Position numbers and translations under genes: made by a program. Positions 1-11,276 of a DNA stretch of 64,000 bases are shown here, one piece after another. The stretch spans positions 1,121 through 65,120 of the forward strand of contig JAKAXB010000011.1 in NCBI GenBank assembly GCA_021816765.1, given 5' to 3'. Every line of letters starts with the position of its first letter. Position 1 is the stretch's first letter. This DNA is from Natronospirales bacterium (GTDB lineage Bacteria > Pseudomonadota > Gammaproteobacteria > Natronospirales > REEB76). The notes beneath the pieces were generated by a model. That model searched no databases and was not told the DNA's origin. It saw only the letters and a program-made list of their open reading frames with translations.

Positions 1-158
1 AGCGGCAGCATGTCGGGCGCCAGGCGCGCACCGGTGAACACCGCCGGATCGATTTTCTTGCCCTGGGCGTGGGCTTCGCCCTTCTTGAGGACGGCGGACA
101 GATTGGTGAGCATGCGGATGAACACCGGCACCGAAGCCTGATACATGGAAAGGGACAT
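1..158 (-). CDS. DUF1993 domain-containing protein (N-terminal part only; gene runs off the window start)
   Basis: Hand translation from ATG (revcomp of cat 156-158): MSLSMYQASVPVFIRMLTNLSAVLKKGEAHAQGKKIDPAVF... GGAGG (revcomp of 166-170) lies 7 nt upstream. Family assignment is from memory of DUF1993 N-termini. Confidence 0.6.
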   Translation of the reverse strand, partial: MSLSMYQASVPVFIRMLTNLSAVLKKGEAHAQGKKIDPAVFTGARLAPDMLP

Positions 159-269
159 GAACGAACCTCCGGAAATTGAAGTTGGGGAAAAGGCAGGGAC
201 GAGGCGGCACATTCTACGCTTGTGCAACCGGAGGCTATACTGGCCGCAAGGTCACTGCGGAGCAGGCCC

Positions 270-1187
270 ATGGACAAGCTGACAAAAGCATCCGGACCAG
301 TGATGGAAGCGCTGCCGGTGCGCGAAACCATCGTCGGCGAGGACATGAAGGTGCGGCGTGCGCTGCCCAACAGACTGCGACGACTGGTGGGCGCCTGGAC
401 CTTTCTCGATCATTACGGTCCGGTGACCCTCGCCCCCGAAAGCAAGGGCATGCGCGTGGGGCCGCACCCGCACACCGGCCTGCAGACGGTGAGCTGGCTG
501 TACGCGGGCGAGGTGCTGCACCGCGACAGCCTGGGATTCAAGCAAATGATCCGGCCCGGACAGCTCAATCTCATGACTGCGGGCAACGGCATCTCCCATT
601 CAGAAGAGACGCCCTGCCCCCATACGCCGGACATCCACGGCCTGCAATTCTGGATTGCGCTGCCGGAAACGCGGCGGCACAGGGAACCGGGCTTCGACCA
701 CTATCCGCAACTGCCGGTGATGGAACGGGACGGCATGAAGCTCACGCTGGTGATCGGTGAAGGGCTCGGCGAGCGCTCGCCGGCGCGGGTGTATTCGTCG
801 CTCACGGGTTTTGACGTGGAGCTTGGCGACTGCGGCACACACACACTGCCGCTGCATCCCGCTTTTGAACACGCGCTGCTGGTGATTGACGGGGAACTCA
901 GCGTCGAAGGCATCGCCATGGAAATGACCGCCCTCTGCTATCTCGGCGACGGGCGCGAGCGCATCACGCTTGCCAACGGCAAACCTGCGCGTGCGTTTTT
1001 GTTCGGCGGCGCTCCCTTCGGCGAGGAGGTGTTGTTGTGGTGGAACTTCGCCGCCCGCCACACCGCGGAGATGGCCGCCGCCCGCGCCGATTGGGAAGCC
1101 CACGCGGCGCGCTTCGGCGAAGTGCGGGGTTACGACGGCCCGCGGCTCACCGCACCGGAACTCGGCACGCGTCTCAAGACACGCTGA
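270..1187 (+). CDS. pirin family protein
   Basis: ORF 222..1187 contains pirin-like GPHPHTGLQTVSWLYAGEVLHRDSLG and NGISHSE. ATG at 270 is preferred because GGAG lies ~9 nt upstream. Confidence 0.85.
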   Translation: MDKLTKASGPVMEALPVRETIVGEDMKVRRALPNRLRRLVGAWTFLDHYGPVTLAPESKGMRVGPHPHTGLQTVSWLYAGEVLHRDSLGFKQMIRPGQLNLMTAGNGISHSEETPCPHTPDIHGLQFWIALPETRRHREPGFDHYPQLPVMERDGMKLTLVIGEGLGERSPARVYSSLTGFDVELGDCGTHTLPLHPAFEHALLVIDGELSVEGIAMEMTALCYLGDGRERITLANGKPARAFLFGGAPFGEEVLLWWNFAARHTAEMAAARADWEAHAARFGEVRGYDGPRLTAPELGTRLKTR

Positions 1188-1211
1188 AGCACGCTTGAGC
1201 GGAATGTGCGC

Positions 1212-2669
1212 TCAGCGGCGCGGATTCAGCTCCTCACCCAGTCTGACCACAGCCGCGAGCAGCGCGTCGAAATCCTCACGCCGGCTGCGGTGATTGGTAA
1301 TGGCCACGCGGATGGCGAAGTGGCCGTGCAGGATCGTGGACGATGGCACGGCGATACCGCCCTCCTGCAACGCCACCAGGATGCGTGCGTTGAGTTCGTT
1401 GAGCGCCTCCTCATGCAGACCGGGCACGACGTAGCGGAAGTTCACGATGTTGAGCGGTACCGGCGCGAGCAGTTCAAGCTGCGGCGTGCCCGCCACCCGC
1501 GCGGCCAGATACTGCGCCTGGCGGATGTTCTGCGCGATGAGCCGCGCGAACTTGTCGAGACCGTAGGCCTTGAGGCTGAGCCATACCTTGAGGGCGCGGA
1601 ACCCGCGCGACAGTTGCGGGCCGTAATCGGCGAACGCCACCGGACCGCTCGCCACGCCGCCGGCGAGCCGGTGCAGATAGCTCGCCTGGGAGGCGAACGC
1701 GGCCGTGTGTGCCTCGCCGGAGCGCACCAGCGTGCAGCCCACCTCATAGGGCAGGTACATCCATTTATGCAGGTCGAAGGCCAGGGAATCGGCGCGCTCC
1801 ATGCCGGCGAGCAGGGGACGGTGCGCGGGATCCAGCACGGCCAGCGCTCCGAAAGCGCCGTCCACGTGCAGCCACAGTTGTTCGCTCGCGCAGAAATCCG
1901 CGAGCGCGGCGATGGGATCCACTGCGCCGGTGTTGACCGTGCCGGCGTTGGCCACTACGCAGAACGGGATGCAACCGGCGCGCCGGTCCGCCGCGATACG
2001 CGCCGCCAGCGCCGGGCTGTCAATAGTGTAATCATCCAGCACCGGAATGAGCCCCAGTGATTCGGCGCCAAGACCCATGAGCTCCACCGCCTTGTGCACC
2101 GAGTTGTGGGTCTCGGTGGAGGCATACACCATGAGGCGCGAATGCGCCGCGAGCCCCTCCTGACGCACCGCGAACGGCGCCTTGGCGCTGCGCGCCACAT
2201 TGAGCGCCACGAGATTGGCCAGCGAGCCGCCGCTCACCAGGATGCCGCCCGCCTGCGGCGGGAACCCCATCATCTGCTTGAGCCAGGCGAGTACCTGCAG
2301 TTCCACGAACGTGGGCGCGTGATTGAAGCCGGCGGCATTCACATTCATGGTGGCGGCCAGCATGTCGGCGAGCACCGCCAGGGGCGTGCCGGTACCGTTC
2401 ACCCAGCCCCAGAAACGCGGGTGGATGTTGCCGAGCGGATAGGGCTGCACACAATCCTTGTAGGCCTGGTAGGCATCGGCGACCCCCTCGCCTTCCCGGG
2501 GCAGCGGTCCAGTGAAGCGGGCGCGCACTTCCTCCGGGACGGATTGCCAGACCGGGCGCTCGCGCACACCGGCAAGATAATCGAGCGCGTCGTCCAGCAC
2601 CCGGTGGGCGAAACCGCGGAATTCCTCCCAGTTTTCGGGGTCGAGGGTTTCTTCAGGCAGTGTGTTCAT
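1212..2669 (-). CDS. pyridoxal-dependent (group II, aromatic-amino-acid-type) decarboxylase
   Basis: ORF 1212..2684 has the DLHKW PLP-lysine motif and SGGSLANL. The track start at 2684 is TTG; ATG at 2669 (MNTLPEE...) is more likely. Confidence 0.85.
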   Translation of the reverse strand: MNTLPEETLDPENWEEFRGFAHRVLDDALDYLAGVRERPVWQSVPEEVRARFTGPLPREGEGVADAYQAYKDCVQPYPLGNIHPRFWGWVNGTGTPLAVLADMLAATMNVNAAGFNHAPTFVELQVLAWLKQMMGFPPQAGGILVSGGSLANLVALNVARSAKAPFAVRQEGLAAHSRLMVYASTETHNSVHKAVELMGLGAESLGLIPVLDDYTIDSPALAARIAADRRAGCIPFCVVANAGTVNTGAVDPIAALADFCASEQLWLHVDGAFGALAVLDPAHRPLLAGMERADSLAFDLHKWMYLPYEVGCTLVRSGEAHTAAFASQASYLHRLAGGVASGPVAFADYGPQLSRGFRALKVWLSLKAYGLDKFARLIAQNIRQAQYLAARVAGTPQLELLAPVPLNIVNFRYVVPGLHEEALNELNARILVALQEGGIAVPSSTILHGHFAIRVAITNHRSRREDFDALLAAVVRLGEELNPRR

Positions 2670-2806
2670 GCAGACGCGCGCCAAGCCAGTGAGGGGGCGG
2701 TCATTCTAATCCAGCAAACAGCGACTGCTGAGCCGTGCTCATGGCTCGGCGTCGTGGCTCCGCGGGCCGCAGAACGCGGCGCGCGCCGGCGGAGACGCGG
2801 GTGCTA

Positions 2807-3286
2807 TCAGGACGGCCGCTGGATGAGCTCGGTGTGCATCACCGCGAACTGCACTTCGTCCAGGCGGAAAAATACCGGCTCGCCGGCACCGTCCGCCAGC
2901 ATGATGCAACCCGGCACGTCGTCAGAGTAGGTGGCGGTGGCAAGCCCGTGCATCATGTCATCCAGCGGACCCTTGCCGCCGTAGTCCAGCACCAGCGGAT
3001 GCTGCCGGCCGCGGAGGTAGAACGCCACCCCGCCCGCTTTGAGTACCGGTGACCAGTCATGGCCGTTGGGTTGATTGCTGCTTTGCAGGAACTGGATCTC
3101 CTTCACGGAGATGAGCGCGCTCAGAATCGGCGAAACGGGAAACAGATAAAAGGCCGGCACATGCCCTTTGCCCGCGGCCAGCGCTTTCACGCCGTCCATC
3201 AGTTCCGTGTAATCAGCCTCCCCGATGTTGACGCGAATTGCTTCCTCGCGGCCGTAAAAACTGAGTCTCAGAAAGTGTTCGATCAT
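2807..3286 (-). CDS. hypothetical protein (159 aa), divergent from uvrA
   Basis: Inner ATG of ORF 2807..3526 ([15 protein letters not shown]...) is preceded by GAGGAG. High GC3 coding look. No family recognised. Confidence 0.6.
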   Translation of the reverse strand: MIEHFLRLSFYGREEAIRVNIGEADYTELMDGVKALAAGKGHVPAFYLFPVSPILSALISVKEIQFLQSSNQPNGHDWSPVLKAGGVAFYLRGRQHPLVLDYGGKGPLDDMMHGLATATYSDDVPGCIMLADGAGEPVFFRLDEVQFAVMHTELIQRPS

Positions 3287-3564
3287 TGCCGGTCTCCTCA
3301 GCTTCAGAGGTGTTGTCGGATACGGCAATATCCCTGCGCCGTGGTAGCACCGGGGGAAGTATAGACGGGAAGTTCCATTCCATGGGCCTTTTTCCACCCG
3401 CTGCGACGCGCTGCGCGCATCCGGCATTGCCAGGCGGTACCCACCGCTGCCGTCACGGAAAACGCGGTGACCGGGATAGGGCTCCACGCTGTGGCGGGGT
3501 GGGGTTTTGCGCCGCACTTGCGCCACGGCGTATAGTTACCAGTTCGCGATTTTTCAGGGCTCAA

Positions 3565-6432
<2,868 letters not shown>

Positions 6433-6439
6433 ACGGAGG

Positions 6440-6456
6440 GCGGCGATATTCGCCGC
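6440..6456 (+). terminator. hairpin just after the uvrA stop (GCGGCGA-TAT-TCGCCGC), no clear U-tract
   Basis: Perfect 7-bp inverted repeat with a 3-nt loop, 8 nt after the uvrA stop. Confidence 0.3.
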
Positions 6457-6577
6457 GATTCTCCCATCTGCCTGCATCACGGCCGGGGAAAGAGCAGGAG
6501 CTGGACACAGCAAAGCACACAGGCTTACTGTGAGCAGCAGCACTCTATGGAAGACGATCACCGCAGGGGGAACAGTC

Positions 6578-7366
6578 ATGCCACAGGTTCGCCGTTGCAG
6601 AATCCGCATTGCGACCGCGCTGCTCGCGCTGTGTATGCTGCCCGCAGCGCGGGGTTCCGAAATCCAGAACCACTTGCCGAACATCGGTCCCCCCGGTTTT
6701 TCGCTGGGGGCGGGATTCCTCAGTCAGCAGTTGCCCTATGCCGGTTACAGCCGCGCGAATCTCTTCATACCGCTCGTCTTCTACAACCGCGGACGCCTGT
6801 TTCTGTCGGGCCTGACGGCCGGGTACAGTCTGGTTTCGCATCCCGGATTGGAAATCAACCTGCTTGCCGAGCCGGAACTGCTGCACCACAGCGCGTCCGA
6901 CAGTGCGGAATTTGCCGGCATGGGGAACCGCCTGCCGAGCCTGATGGGCGGCGGCGAAATCGCCTGGGCCTTTGACCACGACACCGGTGGGGCGCGCGTG
7001 AGCGTGCTCACGGATCTTCTCGGGCGCAACCGCGGCCAGCTCGCCAATCTGCTGGTCTATGTGGCTGCCCGTCGCGGGGCGCTGTTGATCATCCCCGCGC
7101 TGGGACTCACGTGGCAAAGTCACAATTTCGTGGACTATTACTATGGGGTGTTGCCCGGCGAAGCGCTCGGCACGCGGTCCGCTTACACCGGACAGGCAAG
7201 TTTCATCGCCTTCGTACGCCTGACGTGGCTGTGGCAATTCGACCGTCGCTGGTCGCTGTTTCTGCGCCAGCAGAGCGATATCCTGGGCCCGGGCATCAAG
7301 GACAGCCCTCTGGTGAACCGCTCGGGACTGGCGAGCTATCTGCTCGGCCTCAGCTACCACTTCTGA
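6578..7366 (+). CDS. mipA: MipA/OmpV family outer-membrane protein
   Basis: Signal peptide MPQVRRCRIRIATALLALCMLPAARG, beta-barrel-like alternating sequence, C-terminal LGLSYHF. GGGGGA RBS precedes the ATG at 6578. Confidence 0.8.
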   Translation: MPQVRRCRIRIATALLALCMLPAARGSEIQNHLPNIGPPGFSLGAGFLSQQLPYAGYSRANLFIPLVFYNRGRLFLSGLTAGYSLVSHPGLEINLLAEPELLHHSASDSAEFAGMGNRLPSLMGGGEIAWAFDHDTGGARVSVLTDLLGRNRGQLANLLVYVAARRGALLIIPALGLTWQSHNFVDYYYGVLPGEALGTRSAYTGQASFIAFVRLTWLWQFDRRWSLFLRQQSDILGPGIKDSPLVNRSGLASYLLGLSYHF

Positions 7367-7473
7367 GCAGCGGGTACTTTTCGCCGGATGGAGATCGCAG
7401 CCGGGACAGCCCCATCCATATAAAGAAGCAATCAGCTCGGCGCAACCAGCATGGTATTGAGCCCAGGGGCCGT

Positions 7474-7498
7474 GCAACCTTTTGGCCCGGACCCCGTC
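7474..7498 (+). promoter_or_regulatory. candidate ECF-type promoter (GCAAC-N16-CGTC), only ~10 nt before the sigma-factor ATG
   Basis: tGCAACcttttggcccggacccCGTCTattaacccATG. Resembles the generic ECF GGAAC-N16/17-CGTC pattern. No SD between it and the ATG at 7508. Confidence 0.3.
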
Positions 7499-7507
7499 TA
7501 TTAACCC

Positions 7508-8116
7508 ATGGCGGTGTTTCCCTTCAAGCCGAAAGACCCGGCTGCCACGCCGCGACAGGTGGAGTTCACGGCGTGGGTGGAACCGCACCTCAATGTGCTC
7601 TACCGCACGGCCTGCCACTACACCGGACACCCCCAGGACGCGGAGGATCTGGTGCAGGAGCTGCTGATGCGGCTGTACTGTCGGCCGCGCACCTGGAACC
7701 GGCCGGAGTATCCCCGCTCCTGGCTGCTGCGCGCGCTGCATAACCTGTTCGTGGACCGCTGGCGGCACGAGCAGCACCAACCCTTGGACAATCCCCACGA
7801 AATCCCCTGGGAAGAGCTGCTGCGGGAGGAGGGCTCCCGGGAGCAGGATCCGGAAACCCTGGCTGAATCCGAGATGCTGCGCACGCGGGTGCGGGCCGCG
7901 CTTTACGCCCTCGGCCGGGATCAGCGCGCGATTCTGGTGCTGCACGACATGGAGGGCCACACGGTGGGGGAGATCAGTACGCTGCTCGGGGAGCCTCTCG
8001 GCACGGTGAAGTCGCGATTGTTCCGCGCCCGGCGTCAGTTGCAGGCCCGGATATTCGAGGCAGGGACCCCAACCCCGGTGTGGTCCGTGTTATCTAATGA
8101 GGCGACCGAAACGTGA
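7508..8116 (+). CDS. RNA polymerase sigma factor, ECF (sigma-70 group IV) family
   Basis: Region 2 (DAEDLVQELLMRLY, WLLRALHNLFVDRWR) and region 4 (AILVLHDMEGHTVGEISTLLGEPLGTVKSRLFRARRQLQ). Confidence 0.93.
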   Translation: MAVFPFKPKDPAATPRQVEFTAWVEPHLNVLYRTACHYTGHPQDAEDLVQELLMRLYCRPRTWNRPEYPRSWLLRALHNLFVDRWRHEQHQPLDNPHEIPWEELLREEGSREQDPETLAESEMLRTRVRAALYALGRDQRAILVLHDMEGHTVGEISTLLGEPLGTVKSRLFRARRQLQARIFEAGTPTPVWSVLSNEATET

Positions 8117-8781
8117 ACTGCAAATTCTGCCAACGGCTGCTGGACTCCTGCCCCGCGGGCGAGCCCCCCGCGCCCCTGCGGGCGCATCTCGCAACCTGTG
8201 CGATCTGCCGCCGTTATTGGCGCAGGCAGCAGCAAATCCGCCAAACCCTGGCAAGCTTCCCGGCGCGGGTGCCGCCCCCGGATTTCGCCCAGCGCGTGCT
8301 GAGCGCCACCTTCACCGGAATCCAGCACCGCCGGCGCCGGACGCTGGCGGCCTGGGGGCTGGCGGCCTCCCTGGTGCTCACCCTCGGGATAAGCCTCGGG
8401 GTGGCACGGTTCGGCACACCGAATCCGGGTTATCGCGTGAGCGGCGACGAACTGCTGCTGCCGAGTGAGACCGCCACCACCGTGCAGCTCGCGTTTGACG
8501 CGGGCGACACGCTGCATCACGTGCAGTTCACCCTGGCGCTGCCCGAGGGCGTGGAAGTACCGGGCTATCCGCAGGCACGGCATCTCCGCTGGCAGGGGGA
8601 ACTGCGCAAAGGCCGCAACCTGATCCGATTGCCGATGATCGCCCACGCGGGGACCCACGGCGCGCTGGTGGCGCACTTGCGCCACGGCGCCAGTGAGAGA
8701 ACCTTCCGCCTGTTGCTGTCCTCGGTGCCACGCGATCCGTTCTGGCGCCGCTGGCTGGATCTTCGCCTGGGACCGGGGTGA
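8113..8781 (+). CDS. anti-sigma factor, zf-HC2 type, single-pass membrane protein
   Basis: GTG start overlaps the sigma stop (GTGA). H-x3-C-x2-C motif (HLATCAICRRY). One TM segment (LAAWGLAASLVLTLGISLGVA) followed by a periplasmic domain. Confidence 0.8.
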   Translation: MNCKFCQRLLDSCPAGEPPAPLRAHLATCAICRRYWRRQQQIRQTLASFPARVPPPDFAQRVLSATFTGIQHRRRRTLAAWGLAASLVLTLGISLGVARFGTPNPGYRVSGDELLLPSETATTVQLAFDAGDTLHHVQFTLALPEGVEVPGYPQARHLRWQGELRKGRNLIRLPMIAHAGTHGALVAHLRHGASERTFRLLLSSVPRDPFWRRWLDLRLGPG

Positions 8782-8784
8782 ACC

Positions 8785-9231
8785 ATGCGTTACAGCGGGA
8801 AAAAATTCCCCGGGAAATTGAGAGCCCGCATGCTGCTGGCCGCCGGGCCGGCAATGCTGCTGGCCGCAGCCGGAACGGCGCACGCGGCTCCGCCTCCCTC
8901 CTCTCCGTCGCCGGATCGCAAACTTCTGGAGGTCACCCTGACCGTGGTGACGCCGGATCAGGACATCAACCGGACGGTGGCGCAGACCATCACTCTGGCG
9001 GCGCCTCACGGGGTGGCAGCCGGGATTCAGCCGGTGGTCGCCGGCAAATCCTCGCCGGGCCATTCCGGCAAACCGGCGGTCAAAACCGCGAAGAAAACCC
9101 GCGAATCCCTGTTGCGGGCGCGCCGCGAAACCGCCGAGGCGAAGGCGGAAGCCGCCGAAGCCAAGTCGGAAGCGCGGGAGGATGCCCACAATTCCACCAC
9201 CCCGGACAGCGACGACGGGGGCGGTGGCTGA
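8785..9231 (+). CDS. secreted hypothetical protein with charged AEAK-repeat C-terminus
   Basis: Signal peptide ...MLLAAGPAMLLAAAGTAHA/AP. C-terminal RRETAEAKAEAAEAKSEARED...DSDDGGGG. Lies 3 nt after the anti-sigma gene. Confidence 0.65.
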   Translation: MRYSGKKFPGKLRARMLLAAGPAMLLAAAGTAHAAPPPSSPSPDRKLLEVTLTVVTPDQDINRTVAQTITLAAPHGVAAGIQPVVAGKSSPGHSGKPAVKTAKKTRESLLRARRETAEAKAEAAEAKSEAREDAHNSTTPDSDDGGGG

Positions 9232-9325
9232 CCCCCGTCCTCGCCGGGCTTCATCGCAAAACGAACCTTCCCACGAATCTTTCCGGAATTCCGCTTCCAT
9301 TCGCCAATACCAAGAGTGACTCGCC

Positions 9326-10276
9326 ATGAATAAAACCTCAGGAATTCTCTCCGCCCTGCTCGGTGCCGGCCTGACGCTGATGGCGGCAGCGCCTGCCCGG
9401 GGCGCCGACTTTCTCCGGCCAAGACTGCTGACGGACGGCTGGCAGGCCTGTCCGGCCGGCCAATCGTCAGAGACATGCATGAGCGCAAACGTCCATCCCC
9501 ATTTCGAGGCACAGATGCAAGCGCTGGTTCCGGGAGACAGGGACGGGATTTGTGCGACCGCTGCATGCACGCCGGCAGCAGGCAGCGATCCATCCCTGGG
9601 TAACTCGGAACAAGCGAGTCAGGGATTTCCCTGGTCGCCGGGTGCCGCGAACGGTGCATCCGATTTCAGCAATCGCACCGGCTACTACCTGCTGGGCGCC
9701 ATTCCGCTGATTGTTTTGGGCGGCGGCGCGCTCGGCATTGACCACCGTCTCACCTATGACGGCTCGGGCATCTGGAAGCGCCAGGACCAGCTGGATCTCG
9801 AGTATGCCGTGGTTCTCACCGAATTCGGCGGGTCCCTGTGGTTTGGCGGCGAGAACCGCATCGGCCGGACCTTCTGGCAATCCCTTGACGCCTCGGCATT
9901 CTCCGCCCTCGCGGCGCAGGGTTTGAAATACGTGTTCAGCCGCGCCCGTCCGTACCAGTCCGCCAGCCCCAATCACTGGTTCCAGGGCAGCTGCTGCCAG
10001 AGTTTCCCGAGCGGCGAGGTGACGCTGCAGGCGAGCTTCGTGACGCCCTTCATCCTTGAATATCACCGCCGGGATCCCTGGGTCTGGGGCCTGGAGGTAC
10101 TGCCGCTCTACGATGCTCTCGGACGCATGAAAGCCCAGGGGCATTGGCAGACCGACGTACTCTCCGGCTGGGCACTCGGCACCGCCTTCGGCATCTTCGC
10201 CCACAACCGCAAGATGCCCTTCTTCCTGAGCTACATGCCGCATGGAGTCATGATGGGCTGGCAGAAGAGTTTCTGA
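9326..10276 (+). CDS. PAP2 (type 2 phosphatidic acid phosphatase) family membrane phosphatase with Cys-rich periplasmic N-domain
   Basis: Motif 1 KYVFSRARP (K-x6-RP). Motif 2 PSGE, a variant of PSGH. Motif 3 GRMKAQGHWQTD (R-x5-H-x3-D). Signal peptide and several TM segments. Confidence 0.85.
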   Translation: MNKTSGILSALLGAGLTLMAAAPARGADFLRPRLLTDGWQACPAGQSSETCMSANVHPHFEAQMQALVPGDRDGICATAACTPAAGSDPSLGNSEQASQGFPWSPGAANGASDFSNRTGYYLLGAIPLIVLGGGALGIDHRLTYDGSGIWKRQDQLDLEYAVVLTEFGGSLWFGGENRIGRTFWQSLDASAFSALAAQGLKYVFSRARPYQSASPNHWFQGSCCQSFPSGEVTLQASFVTPFILEYHRRDPWVWGLEVLPLYDALGRMKAQGHWQTDVLSGWALGTAFGIFAHNRKMPFFLSYMPHGVMMGWQKSF

Positions 10277-10299
10277 AGCCGCACGCCGGAGCCGCTAAC

Positions 10300-11178
10300 A
10301 TGCGCCGCCCGCGATACCGCCGATTTTTCCTCGCGCAAGCGGTGCTCGCATGCACGGCACTCGTTGCGCTCACGCCGTCTGCCCATGCCGCATGGCGCTG
10401 GCACGCCGAATTCGCACGCGGCGTGCCCGGCGGCGTGGTGCAGGTGCGTGAAAATGCGGTGAACGGCACCGCCCTGCCCCTCGGCCCCGGCCTGGGGATT
10501 GATTACGTGCAACGCCTGCGCCTCGGAGTCACGCACCGCTTCGCGCCGGGGCGGGCCGTGGTGCTGCGCCTCGATCTGGTGCGCATGCATGGCGAGAAGG
10601 TGTTCTCACAACCGGTATATTTCAACGGTGTGGAACTCATGCCCGGACTTCCGGCCACCACTGACACCAACCCCATCAACAACTGGCAGGCGACCGTGCT
10701 GTACCGCCAGAGGCTGTTCCCGGCCTGGCACAGCCGGGTACGGCTTGAGGGCGAACTCGGCTTCACGTACGTGGGACTCACCTACAACCTGCAAGGCACG
10801 CCCCAGGGTGCCAGTAACCCGACGCAGTTGAGCGGCACCCGCACTTTGGAGGATTTCATCACCCAGGAGTTGCCGGTACCGCTCGCGGGCCTGCGTCTGC
10901 ACTATGCGCTGGCAGGCTCGTGGGCGCTGCAGGCGGGCTTTGTGGGCGGCCACCTGCCGCGCCTCTACAGTCTGCGCAACGAGGGCGGCAAGGTGTATGT
11001 GACACAAACCAACCAGGAAGCCGAGCTGGGTTTTGTGCACCGCCTGCGCGACGGACTGCGGCTCGGTTTCGGCTGGTATGATCGCTATTACATGCAGCAC
11101 GAACAAAGCAACCAGGACGGCAATTACATCCGCATGAACGAACACGGGCTGTATCTGCGCATCGCAGACCGGTTTTAG
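10300..11178 (+). CDS. outer-membrane beta-barrel-like hypothetical protein
   Basis: Inner ATG of ORF 10144..11178. Signal peptide MRRPRYRRFFLAQAVLACTALVALTPSAHA/A, alternating beta pattern, C-terminal LYLRIADRF (terminal Phe). Confidence 0.7.
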   Translation: MRRPRYRRFFLAQAVLACTALVALTPSAHAAWRWHAEFARGVPGGVVQVRENAVNGTALPLGPGLGIDYVQRLRLGVTHRFAPGRAVVLRLDLVRMHGEKVFSQPVYFNGVELMPGLPATTDTNPINNWQATVLYRQRLFPAWHSRVRLEGELGFTYVGLTYNLQGTPQGASNPTQLSGTRTLEDFITQELPVPLAGLRLHYALAGSWALQAGFVGGHLPRLYSLRNEGGKVYVTQTNQEAELGFVHRLRDGLRLGFGWYDRYYMQHEQSNQDGNYIRMNEHGLYLRIADRF

Positions 11179-11276
11179 TCGCCCAACCACAGGGCGGGTC
11201 GTCGCGCGTGCAGCCGGAACGTACAATAGGGCGATTCACTCGCCGGACAGCGCGGCCGTTTAGCTAAGGAACACGC

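Noticed and set aside
3286-3564. N-terminal 93-aa extension of uvrA implied by the 1048-aa ORF 3286..6432.
   Set aside because: The canonical UvrA N-terminus ([14 protein letters not shown]) starts at the ATG at 3565. The upstream part is Arg/Gly/Cys-rich junk overlapping the divergent promoter region.
3287-3564. SOS (LexA) box upstream of uvrA.
   Set aside because: No CTGT-N8-ACAG or close variant was found by eye in the divergent region. It is mentioned only as an absence.
6545-7960. Long ORFs antisense to clear genes. Examples are 6545-7960, 8035-9570, 4966-6684, 11175-12503, 19396-20679, 22983-24383, 27348-28799, 28825-30270, 55553-56722 and 59343-60350.
   Set aside because: They lie opposite genes with strong family signatures (mipA/sigma, uvrA, ribosomal proteins, tuf, fusA, arginase). 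Their translations are Arg/Ala/Gly/His-rich low-complexity strings typical of shadow ORFs in GC-rich DNA. They have no RBS context.
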